From: Alphaproteobacteria bacterium
GTDB lineage: Bacteria > Pseudomonadota > Alphaproteobacteria > M2410
Assembly: GCA_030614785.1 (NCBI GenBank)
Contig: JAUWTJ010000010.1
Coordinates: 615 to 64,614, forward strand
DNA: 64,000 bases
Reading direction: 5' to 3'
Under the pieces are notes generated by a model. The model was not told the DNA's origin. It made no database searches and was given only the letters and a program-made list of their open reading frames with translations. Position numbers and translations under genes: made by a program. This document shows, one piece after another, positions 8,506 to 17,647 of this stretch; position 1 is the first letter of the stretch, and each line of letters opens with the position of its first letter.

Positions 8506-9054
8506 ATGGCAGAACTTGAAGCTCTTGGGACGCGTTACGGCGAGGCGTTCTGGCGTGCACATCATGAGGCGTGGAAGCGCAGTAGCTTGAATCAACGAGA
8601 GTATTGCGAGGCGCAGAGGATCTCGCTAAAGGCCTTTGGCAACTGGCGCGCAAAGTTCACGGCCGAGCCAGAGGCCCCGGTTCGCCAGCTTTTGTACCGC
8701 CGCGGTGATTTAAGTCACACCCTAAGTCACAGTCTAAGTCACCCCTTTAGTCACACCCTAAGTCATATGATTTATCCCTCTTCTTCCTGCGAGCTAGGTC
8801 CTGTTGTTCCACCGGTGCGAGCCGGTCACCGACGTCGCTTCAGAGAATCTGACCGCCGGCACATCGTGGCTGAAGCAGACAAGCCGGACGCGAGCGTGTC
8901 GGAAGTTGCTCGGCGCTATGGCATCGCCAAACGAGTCCTCTTCCGCTGGAGACAGGAGCTGGCAGCGGCTGGGCCAGCTTTTGTGGCCGTTGAGATCAGT
9001 GATGCACCTCTTGGAGCATGCGTTGTGGCTCAAGAGGAGGAGGCTTCCTCATGA
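8506..9054 (+). CDS. tnpA: IS66 accessory protein TnpA (two HTH-like modules)
   Basis: WRAHHEAWKRSSLNQREYC...AFGNWRAKF and RRRF...SVSEVARRYGIAKRVLFRWRQ; ATGA overlap with tnpB. Confidence 0.82.
   Translation: MAELEALGTRYGEAFWRAHHEAWKRSSLNQREYCEAQRISLKAFGNWRAKFTAEPEAPVRQLLYRRGDLSHTLSHSLSHPFSHTLSHMIYPSSSCELGPVVPPVRAGHRRRFRESDRRHIVAEADKPDASVSEVARRYGIAKRVLFRWRQELAAAGPAFVAVEISDAPLGACVVAQEEEASS
8711..8770 (+). repeat. Five tandem 12-bp units (consensus TAAGTCACACCC) inside tnpA
   Basis: TAAGTCACACCC, TAAGTCACAGTC, TAAGTCACCCCT, TTAGTCACACCC, TAAGTCATATGA; encode LSHTLSHSLSHPFSHTLSHM. Confidence 0.9.
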
Positions 9055-9404
9055 CACTTCTGCCTCCCGGCCTAAAAGTCCATCTGGCGGCTGGCTACAC
9101 CGACATGCGCAAGGGCATGGATGGGCTGACTGTCCTGGTTCAGGAAGTACTGAGCCAGGATCCATTCAACGGCCATCTCTTCGCCTTCCGGGGTCGCAGG
9201 GCCAATCTGATCAAGATCGTTTACTGGGACGGAACGGGTCTGTGCCTCTTCACCAAGCGGCTCGAACATGAGGTCTTCTTGTGGCCGCCCAATCTTGAGC
9301 CAGGGCGTACGCTGTCTCTCACCTCGGCGCAACTCTCGGCCCTGATCGAGGGGATTGACTAGCACAGCCCTCAGCGCCGTTGGCGGCCTGCCGTGGCGGG
9401 GTAA
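9051..9404 (+). pseudogene. tnpB: IS66 TnpB with a premature stop near the C-terminus
   Basis: TDMRKGMDGL, LFAFRGRRANLIKIVYWDGTGLCLFTKRLE. TAG at 9360-9362 replaces the W of EGIDW; the frame continues HSPQRRWRPAVAG to TAA 9402-9404. Confidence 0.85.
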
Positions 9405-9441
9405 ATCACTACCTCTGTTGCCCAGGTCTGGAATCGTGTTT

Positions 9442-9762
9442 ATGAACATCGATCTTGCTGCCCTGCCTCATGATGTCGATACATTGCACCGGATGATCTG
9501 CGATCTGGTTGCCGAGCAAGATGGCGAGCGCGTTGAGGCGCAGGCGGAGATCGACCGACTGCGGAATATTGTAAAGACGCTCCAGCGCAGTCAGTTCGGA
9601 CGCCGCTCCGAGCACCTTGATGATGATCAGCTCCAGCTTGCTCTTGAAGACCTTGATGCTGATATCGCCAGCGCCGTAGCAAGCCAGCCGGAAACGGACG
9701 ATGAACAGGTCAGGAATGAGCGCTTACCACCGATCGTAAGCATCCCGGGAATGCACACTTGA
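9442..9762 (+). pseudogene. tnpC: IS66 transposase TnpC, N-terminal fragment only
   Basis: LPHDVDTLHRM...LQRSQFGRRSEHLDDDQLQLALE leucine-zipper region, then runs into the right IR; the DDE domain is absent. Confidence 0.85.
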
Positions 9763-9803
9763 TTGATGAAACGTGGAAGCATAGTGACTTGAATCAACGG
9801 GAG
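9736..9803 (+). mobile_element. 68-bp remnant of a second, diverged IS66 copy (left end fused to a tnpA fragment)
   Basis: 9736-9761 matches 8420-8445 at 22/26; 9767-9803 matches tnpA 8565-8601 at 30/37. Confidence 0.8.
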
Positions 9804-10662
9804 CCGTGTTTTTGTCGCCGATGCCTGGGAGACGGTCTATGCCGTTGATACTACGACCGGAGAGGAAATCTGGTCCTATAACGTCGGGAGTAAGGTGACC
9901 GGCTCTGTTACCGTTGCCACGGACAATAGTGAGATTTTTGTCAATACCCGAACTGAAATCACCAAGCTGTTTGACCGTGGTGATCATGCAGAACTGGCAT
10001 GGGTAGCCAAGCTTGACATGTACAACCCCGGACGCTTTCAAAAAAACTTCAAAGCCCTTGGTGCGGAAATTACGGCCAATGGAATTGCTTTTACCGGCGC
10101 TGTCGGGGTTGCCAACCCAAAGCAAAAGTTCCCGTTCAAAATAGGGGCAGGGCTTCTCGACCGTGAGACCGGTGAAATACGGTACTATGCGGAGGGTGGA
10201 GAGGACTCGATTTCGTCCATGGTAACCGGACCGGGAGGGGAGCTCTATATTGGCAACTCGCCAATGCGTCGGGTCTTGGCAGGAGTAACCTTCGGATCAT
10301 CCAGGAGCCCCGGGCAGCCGGTCGGCGGAATTAGCAAATTCAAACCGATCTATAATGATCTTCTCGTTCGTGACGCGCTTTGGGCAGCGGCAACCCGGGC
10401 GTCAAATTCCGCACGCATTGCCGAAGAAAACCATCTTGCGGCGACGCAGGACGTCCAGCAGATCAATGCACTTCTTGCCCAGGCTCTTGGAGCAGGACCG
10501 GCCGCCGTCGCTGAGAAACGGATGAGTGGTGAGGAGTGGGAAAATCTTCGGTCTGGCATACAAGTGGTTTTGCAGGATCTGAGGCCCACCGGAAGAGATC
10601 TCGCGCAAGTTGGTAATGTTCTCGCCGAAATGGCGGTAGCCCTGGACGCAAGGGCGCAGTGA
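9804..10662 (+). pseudogene. 5'-truncated PQQ-like beta-propeller repeat protein
   Basis: The frame is open upstream of the GTG at 9895 (RVFVADAWETVYAVDTTTGEEIWSYNVGSKVTGSV = PQQ/BamB-type repeat) and begins directly at the IS66 remnant with no native start. Confidence 0.6.
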
Positions 10663-10776
10663 CTTTGTGAAAGGATTGATGGACTTCTTATACTCGCCGG
10701 GTCAGATTCCAATAAATGCTCCAGCCAATAAGTTTGCCCCTGCGCTTGCGGCCCGCCAAATCCGAAGGCTCCGGCG

Positions 10777-12213
10777 TCACGGTTCCACTGTTTGTAACTC
10801 AGGCGGAACCCAGGTTCCGTTCAGGATCGGTTCTTGAGGACGATAGGCTCTGAGTGTCAGCGCGAAACGGCCATCAGGTGCTGGTAGCCAATTTCCCTCC
10901 AGGCCTTTTCCTGGCGATTGATATTGTAGATAGAGTGTCAAGCTGCCATCGTCATTGTAGGTCAGGTCTGGCGAGCGATCCCCGATCGAGTAACGATCAA
11001 TGGAATTATCGACCAGATTGGCATCATGCCCGTACATGGTCACCGACCAGAAAGCATCGACCGGCGGCAACTGTCCTGCCGGGAAGGTCAATTGATAAGA
11101 AGCTTTGCTGCCGTCAAAAAATTGTCCGTATTCGTCCCTGGATCGCCCAAAGTATCGCCCTTCCTCAGGGTAGTTTGGTGCAATTCCCTTGAAGCTCTGT
11201 ACGATACCCCGTGTAAAGTACTCACCGGCGGCACCCAGTCTGCCTGCTTCAAGCGGGTTTCTTCTCCAGCCATTTACGATATCGCCGCCGGGCGTGTCAG
11301 CGCGGGCGCGGATGGCGAGCTTGTGAGCATCGCGTGCTGCACGGGCGAGCCCGCGTTTGCTGTCTTCGTCCAGAGTATCAAGGTTCTGATTTGGCCCGAT
11401 GTGCACTTCCGCAAAGAAATTGAGCAATGCATTTTCCGTGGCAGGTGGCGGATTTTCCGTCATGGCACGATTGATCGTTCGCCAGGAGGCCAGCGGATCT
11501 TGCTTGATCTTATAGGGAGGCCACACGTCTCGCGATGCTGGCACCGAATCTTGAGGCGTGCCCCAATAACTTAGAGGGGTAAGGAGAAACTGATCCTGCA
11601 GTTTGGAAACGTTGGACATGTCACCCTTGCCGTCGACCATAGTTCGCCCCAGCAACAACACCCAGGGCGTGGGGGTCGCCTTCAGTGTCTTTACTCCATC
11701 CGGAAGTCGTCCGTCGAAACCCTCCCTCACAATTGCATAGTGACCTGCGGCTGCGCCCGTGGCCCTTTGACTAACAACATCGAAGACATCTGATGTGTAC
11801 CCGGATAGATGAAAACTGAAGTTACGTTCTCCCATGTCCGGGTGGCTCAAAATCACAGGTTCATCGCCCACGTAAATCCAGGCGACGGAATAAACAGTAT
11901 CATTATTGGGGGTGCCACCATCCCTGTATGTAGCGTCCGCCAGTTTGTTGGCGTGATAAAAGTGGTTGATCGGAGCGTAGGGATAGTATTCCGGGTCACG
12001 GGGAATATTCGTCCACATCCAGCGTAGTTGCGACATGTAAAGATAAGGCAGTGTGTAGGGGTAAGCTGCCATGCCGACCGAGTAGGCATATTCCTCGCGC
12101 CACGGCTGCGCGTTTTCTGATTCCGCCAGCGCAGGCTGAATGCCAGACGTAATGACGCTGGCGATAATTGTCGCTGCGATCAATACGGTTCTTTTCGCTT
12201 GAAGTATTCCCAT
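10777..12213 (-). CDS. DUF1254/DUF1214 domain periplasmic protein
   Basis: Signal peptide; TPNNDTVYSVAW; PPVDAFWSVTMY...NSIDRYSIGDR; NWLPAPDGRFALTLRAYRP. Confidence 0.88.
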   Translation of the reverse strand: MGILQAKRTVLIAATIIASVITSGIQPALAESENAQPWREEYAYSVGMAAYPYTLPYLYMSQLRWMWTNIPRDPEYYPYAPINHFYHANKLADATYRDGGTPNNDTVYSVAWIYVGDEPVILSHPDMGERNFSFHLSGYTSDVFDVVSQRATGAAAGHYAIVREGFDGRLPDGVKTLKATPTPWVLLLGRTMVDGKGDMSNVSKLQDQFLLTPLSYWGTPQDSVPASRDVWPPYKIKQDPLASWRTINRAMTENPPPATENALLNFFAEVHIGPNQNLDTLDEDSKRGLARAARDAHKLAIRARADTPGGDIVNGWRRNPLEAGRLGAAGEYFTRGIVQSFKGIAPNYPEEGRYFGRSRDEYGQFFDGSKASYQLTFPAGQLPPVDAFWSVTMYGHDANLVDNSIDRYSIGDRSPDLTYNDDGSLTLYLQYQSPGKGLEGNWLPAPDGRFALTLRAYRPQEPILNGTWVPPELQTVEP

Positions 12214-12258
12214 GATTGTCTGTCCATTTGCTGGTCGATATCGACATGTGTGCCAAGT

Positions 12259-12570
12259 TCAGGTTTCCTCGGGACCAGGGGCCACTCCTGTCCGTTTGGT
12301 CTTTTGTCTTCTATTGACAGTATTGATGATGGTGTAGAGGCCCGCGACCGGAACGACGATCATTGCGCCCAGCCCGATGGTCCCGGCGATGGCGCCAATG
12401 GTGGCCCAGCCCATATCCGTCATTGAACGCCACATTTGGAGACCGTAAACCAGAAGATCAAGCGCGCGAATGCCGAGCGCGGACAGGATGGTTCCGGCAA
12501 TCGCGCAAGCGATGACGAGCTGCAAGGACGGAACAAGCAATCGCCTGGATCGAAGTTGTGAATTTGCCAT
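12259..12570 (-). CDS. Small two-TM membrane protein of unknown function
   Basis: Two hydrophobic segments, AAGGGG RBS, co-oriented between the sulfatase and DUF1254 genes. Confidence 0.55.
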   Translation of the reverse strand: MANSQLRSRRLLVPSLQLVIACAIAGTILSALGIRALDLLVYGLQMWRSMTDMGWATIGAIAGTIGLGAMIVVPVAGLYTIINTVNRRQKTKRTGVAPGPEET

Positions 12571-12582
12571 GTGCCGTTCCCC

Positions 12583-14124
12583 TTACTCTGTTGACGTCTC
12601 TTTCGTGTCCTTGTTCGCGCCTTGTTGTTGCTGCAGCTTCAACAGAACCCGTTTGACTTCTTCGGGGGAATTGAGAGCTGGCGGAATTGTGAATGAGAGC
12701 GGAGTGCGATAGTCATCGCCGGTTTTTATGCCGCCGTATTTGTAGAGGCTACCGGCGAGACGCAGGACCGGCTCATAGGCCTGGGGGATGATCCACAATT
12801 TGGTGCCCATTATGTCCACCTCTTCACGAGGGTCTTTCTCGATGTCAAAAATCATATGCCCATAAAGGTCGTGGTGCATGCGCGATGTTGGAGAAGGATC
12901 ATCGCCAACAAAGAACAACTTGAATTGCCTCCACTTTACGGCCAGAAGTTTCTTGTCGAGAAAGGTGATGATGTGCTCTCGGTTTGATTTTTCGCTCTTG
13001 CCGAGGAAAAAGTCGCGTTGGTCGACGCCGTCATAGGCCCGGTCTGTCGGAAAGGTTGCGTCGGCAAGCGAGGCGAAGGTCGGGAAGAAGTCGAGGATCG
13101 AGACGATCTCGTTTGTTTCTCTGCCTGAGGGGATGACACCGGGCGCACTCATGATCATTGGTGTCCGGATAGAGCCCTCATATGCACTTCCAAGGTATCC
13201 GCGATAGGGGCCGGAGTTTGAAACGGTCGGGTATTCAGATGCATCCGGTCCGTTGTCACTGGCGTAGACAATGATAGTGTTGTCGGCAAAACCTGCGTCC
13301 ACCAAAGCCTTGCGGATTTGGCCAACCCGATAATCGTGCTCTGCCATCATGTCTGCAAAGTCGCCGACACCGGTCTTGCCCTTGAAGTCCGGATTGGGAA
13401 CATAAGGATGGTGCATCAGCGACCAGGATACAAACAGGAAGAAGGGTTCCTCAGAGCCTTTGGCCTGCTTTATGTAGTTGATGGACTTCTCAGCGATCAA
13501 CTCATCCATCTTGCCGCGCATTTCCCGGTCGTAGCGGGCGATTTTCTGCACCGGACCATTTCGTTTTGATGACAAAATATACGGCCATTCGCTTTCGCGG
13601 CCCTGATAACCCTGAGCGTCATAGCGATAGACCACGCCAGTGCTAAACGGAAATCCCCACCACTCGTCAAAGCCTTGATCCGTTGGATAGCGGCCCTGGC
13701 TGTCGCCAAGGTGCCACTTTCCAAAAATGGCAGTCTTGTAACCGGCATCGGAAAGCATTTCGGCCATTGTATATTCCCAAGGCGCCAGGCCTTGAGGAAA
13801 GCCGGGAATGCCGGCGCGTCCCGTTCCAGAACGTATGGGAAGGCGTCCGGTCATGAGCGCCGAACGGGAAGGTGTGCATTCCGGTTCTACATTGAAATTT
13901 GTAAAGCGCGTACCTTCTGCGGCTAGTTGATCAAGGCTGGGCGTCGGGACCCCGCGGATTGGCCCGCCACCGTATGCGCCAAGTTCACCATAGCCAAGAT
14001 TATCGCTCAGCATAAAAACAATATTGGGGCGCCGGGGCATCTCATCTGCAGTGGCTGATGATATCGCGGCCAGATTTGTACAAACTGCAAGAAGCAGCAG
14101 GCGTGAAGTGATTGATGTATACAT
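12583..14124 (-). CDS. Arylsulfatase (Cys-type, secreted)
   Basis: PNIVFMLSDNLG, CTPSRSALMTGR, GKWHLG, SDNG; signal peptide from MYTSITS (14124). Confidence 0.92.
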   Translation of the reverse strand: MYTSITSRLLLLAVCTNLAAISSATADEMPRRPNIVFMLSDNLGYGELGAYGGGPIRGVPTPSLDQLAAEGTRFTNFNVEPECTPSRSALMTGRLPIRSGTGRAGIPGFPQGLAPWEYTMAEMLSDAGYKTAIFGKWHLGDSQGRYPTDQGFDEWWGFPFSTGVVYRYDAQGYQGRESEWPYILSSKRNGPVQKIARYDREMRGKMDELIAEKSINYIKQAKGSEEPFFLFVSWSLMHHPYVPNPDFKGKTGVGDFADMMAEHDYRVGQIRKALVDAGFADNTIIVYASDNGPDASEYPTVSNSGPYRGYLGSAYEGSIRTPMIMSAPGVIPSGRETNEIVSILDFFPTFASLADATFPTDRAYDGVDQRDFFLGKSEKSNREHIITFLDKKLLAVKWRQFKLFFVGDDPSPTSRMHHDLYGHMIFDIEKDPREEVDIMGTKLWIIPQAYEPVLRLAGSLYKYGGIKTGDDYRTPLSFTIPPALNSPEEVKRVLLKLQQQQGANKDTKETSTE

Positions 14125-14149
14125 GTCTACCCCGAAGTGGTTTGGAGAT

Positions 14150-16387
14150 TTAGCGATTGCCCAGACGTATAGTAACGTTTTCGATTTTTCCCTCAAATTC
14201 ATACGGGGAGTTGTATTGGGAGCCGACGGCAGTATTTGCATCCCTGCCAATGTCCATGCCTTCATGAGAAATTCGTGCCGCCATTGTCTTTGGCATTTCA
14301 AGTGTTCCTGCGACCTCGCCGTTTATCAACAAAGTCGCCGTTCCCATCAACTTTCCCGTCTTGTCGAACCGGAGCGAGATTTGAGATGCGCCACGAGGCA
14401 CCTTTGTATCCGATGTGACTTTGTACATCGTTCCGACACTTTTGACGTTGGCAAAATAGTTATACTCATAGACGGCACGTCCCTTGTGAATGTAAAGGAC
14501 CAGACCGGAATCGTGATTGCCGTTGGCAAATAGCACACCATTTTCGGATCCGGTTGGCCGGTCAATGCTGGCCGTGATCGAAAAACTCCTGTCGATAAAG
14601 TCAGGTGTTGCAAAGTCAGTAACGTGCGAGGCTCTCGGGTAGTAGATGAATTCGTGCTTTTTCGGGTTCTTTGCAGCTCTCTTCTTCATCTCCTCTTTGA
14701 TTTTCGGGCCGGGATTTTCCAGATCAACCATCAATGCCGCATTGACCTGTTCGCCTTCGCGGCGCCAAACCTCTTTCATCCGGGCGAGTTTTTCGGGATA
14801 TGTGTTGGCAAGATCAGTTGCGTGGGTGAAATCTTCCTCAAGATTGAACAGGGACCAGACATCGTCCGTATATTTTGTTCCGCGCTTATGAACCGCAGTA
14901 GCCATCCACCCGTGATCATAGATGCCGCGATTGTGAGCCATACGGTAGAACTGTGTTTTCCTGGCGTCAGGAGCCTCTGCCTCTGCAAAGGCGTATGTCA
15001 TGCTTTGTCCATCGACCGGGAGTTGCTGCTTGCCATCGACGCGGTCTGGTATCTCGATCCCAAGGAGATCGAGGACTGTGGGCATCACGTCACTAACAAA
15101 ATGATACTGCTCCCGAATGCCGCCTTTCGCACCCCATTTTTCATTCAGACCGTTGACGATAAAGGGAACTGAAATGCCGCCACCAGCAGCATGCTGTTTG
15201 AAATAGGGGAAAGGCGTGTTGCTAACTTGCGCCCACCCGAGGGGGTAGTTGGGAAGCGTATTGGGCCCACCGATCTCGTCGAGGCGGCGCAGGATATCGT
15301 CAGCTGTTTCAAAAATGCCATTGTTGTTGGTTGTATGATTGATCGATCCGCCGGGGCTGCCTTCCTGACTGCCGCCATTGTCGGACAAGACGATGACGAT
15401 GGTATTGTCGAGGACACCGAGCACTTCAAGCTCACTCAGGAGCCGTCCGATTTCTTCGTCTGTTTGGGTGAGGAAGCCGGCATAGGTCTCTTGAAGGCGC
15501 GCATAGACTTGTTGCTGCGTCGTGTCCAACGTTTCCCACGGCTTTACCCTTGCATCCGTTGCGGGAAGACGGGACGATTGCGGAACAAGGCCAAGGTCCT
15601 TCTGTCGCTGAAAGCGTTCGGTGCGCACTACGTCCCATCCACGATCATACCGGCCGCGCTGTTCGATCAAAAGGGATTGCGGTGCCTGGTGCGGCGCGTG
15701 CATCCCCGGTGTCGCAAGATACATAAAAAAGGGGCGATCCGGCGTGTAGGATACATGATTGTGTGCCATCTCGATCGCATGATCGACCAGATCAACTGTG
15801 AGATTATAACCCTCGGGGTATGTTTCTGAAATAACCTGGTTGTCACGGACCAGTTCTGGTGCGAACTGATCCGTCGAACCCGTCATAAAGCCGTAGAATC
15901 GATTAAAACCTTTGCCAAGGGGCCAATGGGTAAAGGGCCCTGCGGGCTGGCTATCCTTGCGCGGTGCCAAGTGCCATTTGCCAATGGCGTAAGTGCTGAT
16001 CCCTTCGTCCTGAAGGATTTGCGCAAGGGTTGCGGATTGGTCACTGATCCGACCACGGAAGGCGGGGAATGCCGGGCCAAAATCATAGCGAGCGATCAGG
16101 CCCATGCCGACCCGATGGGGGTCGCGTCCTGTGAGCAGAGAGGCGCGTGTCGGCGAACAGGTGGGTGTTGCATGGAAATTGTTGAATGTCAGTCCATCAG
16201 CAGCAAGGGCGTCAATATTGGGTGTCTCGATTTCCGAGCCATAGGCTCCCAGGTCGCCGTAGCCGACGTCGTCGAGAAGAATCAAAAGGATGTTGGGGCG
16301 CTCGCTCTCCTGCATAGAATGAGCGGGTCCTGAATAGAAAACACCAATTAACAGGAGTGCCCGAAGGGCCTTTAGTTGAAACCGCAT
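14150..16387 (-). CDS. Arylsulfatase (AtsA-like, Cys-type) with a C-terminal beta-sandwich extension
   Basis: PNILLILLDDVG, CSPTRASLLTGR, GKWHL, SDNG; signal peptide from MRFQLK (16387) with GGAGGG RBS. Confidence 0.92.
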   Translation of the reverse strand: MRFQLKALRALLLIGVFYSGPAHSMQESERPNILLILLDDVGYGDLGAYGSEIETPNIDALAADGLTFNNFHATPTCSPTRASLLTGRDPHRVGMGLIARYDFGPAFPAFRGRISDQSATLAQILQDEGISTYAIGKWHLAPRKDSQPAGPFTHWPLGKGFNRFYGFMTGSTDQFAPELVRDNQVISETYPEGYNLTVDLVDHAIEMAHNHVSYTPDRPFFMYLATPGMHAPHQAPQSLLIEQRGRYDRGWDVVRTERFQRQKDLGLVPQSSRLPATDARVKPWETLDTTQQQVYARLQETYAGFLTQTDEEIGRLLSELEVLGVLDNTIVIVLSDNGGSQEGSPGGSINHTTNNNGIFETADDILRRLDEIGGPNTLPNYPLGWAQVSNTPFPYFKQHAAGGGISVPFIVNGLNEKWGAKGGIREQYHFVSDVMPTVLDLLGIEIPDRVDGKQQLPVDGQSMTYAFAEAEAPDARKTQFYRMAHNRGIYDHGWMATAVHKRGTKYTDDVWSLFNLEEDFTHATDLANTYPEKLARMKEVWRREGEQVNAALMVDLENPGPKIKEEMKKRAAKNPKKHEFIYYPRASHVTDFATPDFIDRSFSITASIDRPTGSENGVLFANGNHDSGLVLYIHKGRAVYEYNYFANVKSVGTMYKVTSDTKVPRGASQISLRFDKTGKLMGTATLLINGEVAGTLEMPKTMAARISHEGMDIGRDANTAVGSQYNSPYEFEGKIENVTIRLGNR

Positions 16388-16420
16388 TGTCAAACCCTCC
16401 GCGAACAAGTCAGGAACTTA

Positions 16421-16467
16421 TTATTGACATTTATGTCGATAACTCTTATCTACATAAATGTCAATAA
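16421..16467. promoter_or_regulatory. 47-bp near-perfect palindrome carrying two mirror-image TTGACA promoters; probable TetR operator
   Basis: TTATTGACATTTATGT-c-GATAA-ctc-TTATC-t-ACATAAATGTCAATAA (22-bp arms, 1 mismatch). Confidence 0.8.
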
Positions 16468-16478
16468 GGGATAAGATT

Positions 16479-17165
16479 GTGGCCACCACAAGAAAACGAC
16501 GCAAACCGGCAGAGGCGCGAGCTCTGGTATTAAAAACGGTTGAGGAAAGGCTCGTGAAAGACGGTCCGGGGGCCTTTAGCCTTCTTGACGTTGCCGAGCA
16601 GTCGGGGCTTGCCCACTCTACCATCCTGCACCACTTTGGCAGCGTGGAAGCACTCAAGGGTGCCGTCACCCGGCATATTCTGGAACGTGTCCTGAAAGAT
16701 GCCATCGCGATCCTGCAGCCCGAGCAGCCCCAGGTTCTGACCATCGACCGGATCATTGCGCTGTTTATGGAACAGATGGACAATGACGAAACCGGTCACC
16801 TGTTATCCTGGCTTGTTCTCAATCCCGTAGATCAGAAGAACTGGACCGGCGATCAGGCAAACGCCATCTCGCAACATTTGCAGGAGCTGGCAGCGATTGC
16901 AGATGAGCGCGTCAGCCTTGGAGCTGAGGAGAATGTGCTTGTCAGCACGAATGACAACCTGTCACAAGGCCAGGCCGTTATCTTGATGGTTGGGACGTCA
17001 CTCATCGGACACTTGCTTGTCGGCGCCTTTTTGGGTCGCGCGCTTGGTCTGCCGCAGGCGGGCTACAAGCAGACCTATATTGGTTGGCTGTCTGATCTTG
17101 TAGCCGCACTGGTTGGCGTCAATCCGGCGGTGCGCGAAGACAGGAAAAAGCAGACAGAAGAGTAG
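16479..17165 (+). CDS. TetR/AcrR family regulator
   Basis: FSLLDVAEQSGLAHSTILHHFGS HTH. GTG 16479 with AAGGGA RBS is preferred over ATG 16458, which lies inside the palindrome. Confidence 0.88.
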   Translation: MATTRKRRKPAEARALVLKTVEERLVKDGPGAFSLLDVAEQSGLAHSTILHHFGSVEALKGAVTRHILERVLKDAIAILQPEQPQVLTIDRIIALFMEQMDNDETGHLLSWLVLNPVDQKNWTGDQANAISQHLQELAAIADERVSLGAEENVLVSTNDNLSQGQAVILMVGTSLIGHLLVGAFLGRALGLPQAGYKQTYIGWLSDLVAALVGVNPAVREDRKKQTEE

Positions 17166-17219
17166 GATGTGTGCGGGCTGGTCTGTGATCGATGCCGAAA
17201 CGGGGCCGGGCTCGCGCCT

Positions 17220-17627
17220 CTAACCCGTTGCTGAGCAAGCGCGTATTATATCCTGCCCGATACGGACCGGTTTCAGGCTTGAGGCTGATATGCAGCACCA
17301 CACCGATTTGGCTTCAACAACAATGCCATCACCGCGTTTGATGATCATGTCATAATAGGCGCGAACACCCCTGACCTTTCTCAAGATGACATCGACACAG
17401 AGACTGTCGTCAAGGAAAGACTGCTGTCGGTAGTCGATCTCATGTCGTGTTGCCATCCAGAGATATTGTGTGAGCATGAGCGGGGTTGCCCGGCTCTGCC
17501 ATTGCGCTGTTACACCGGCCTGTATCCACTTTAGATAGGACGCATTGTTCACGTGGTTCAGATGATCAATGTCATCGCTGTTTGGCGTCACGTACCACTT
17601 GAAGATTTCATCAATCATTTTGATCAC
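17220..17627 (-). CDS. Acyl-CoA thioesterase (4HBT/YbgC hotdog fold)
   Basis: DDIDHLNHVNNASYLKW motif. Confidence 0.85.
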   Translation of the reverse strand: MIKMIDEIFKWYVTPNSDDIDHLNHVNNASYLKWIQAGVTAQWQSRATPLMLTQYLWMATRHEIDYRQQSFLDDSLCVDVILRKVRGVRAYYDMIIKRGDGIVVEAKSVWCCISASSLKPVRIGQDIIRACSATG

Positions 17628-17647
17628 CTTTTGAGTCTAGGGCAGCT

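Larger units (their letters stand above)
8420..9727 (+). mobile_element. Internally deleted IS66-family element (1308 bp)
   Basis: Left end GTAAGCGTTCA at 8420 and right end TGAGCGCTTAC ending at 9727 (10/11 inverted match); tnpA-tnpB-tnpC order; tnpC mostly missing; no 8-bp target duplication. Confidence 0.88.

Noticed and set aside
8711-8770. CRISPR-like array (also considered for 33941-33998)
   Set aside because: 12-bp contiguous units, no spacers and no cas genes.
8412-9735. 8-bp target site duplication around IS66
   Set aside because: The flanks GCACATCA and CACCGATC do not match.
14125-14301. Extended start of sulfatase 2
   Set aside because: It overlaps the upstream sulfatase by about 150 nt; a signal peptide begins at 14124.
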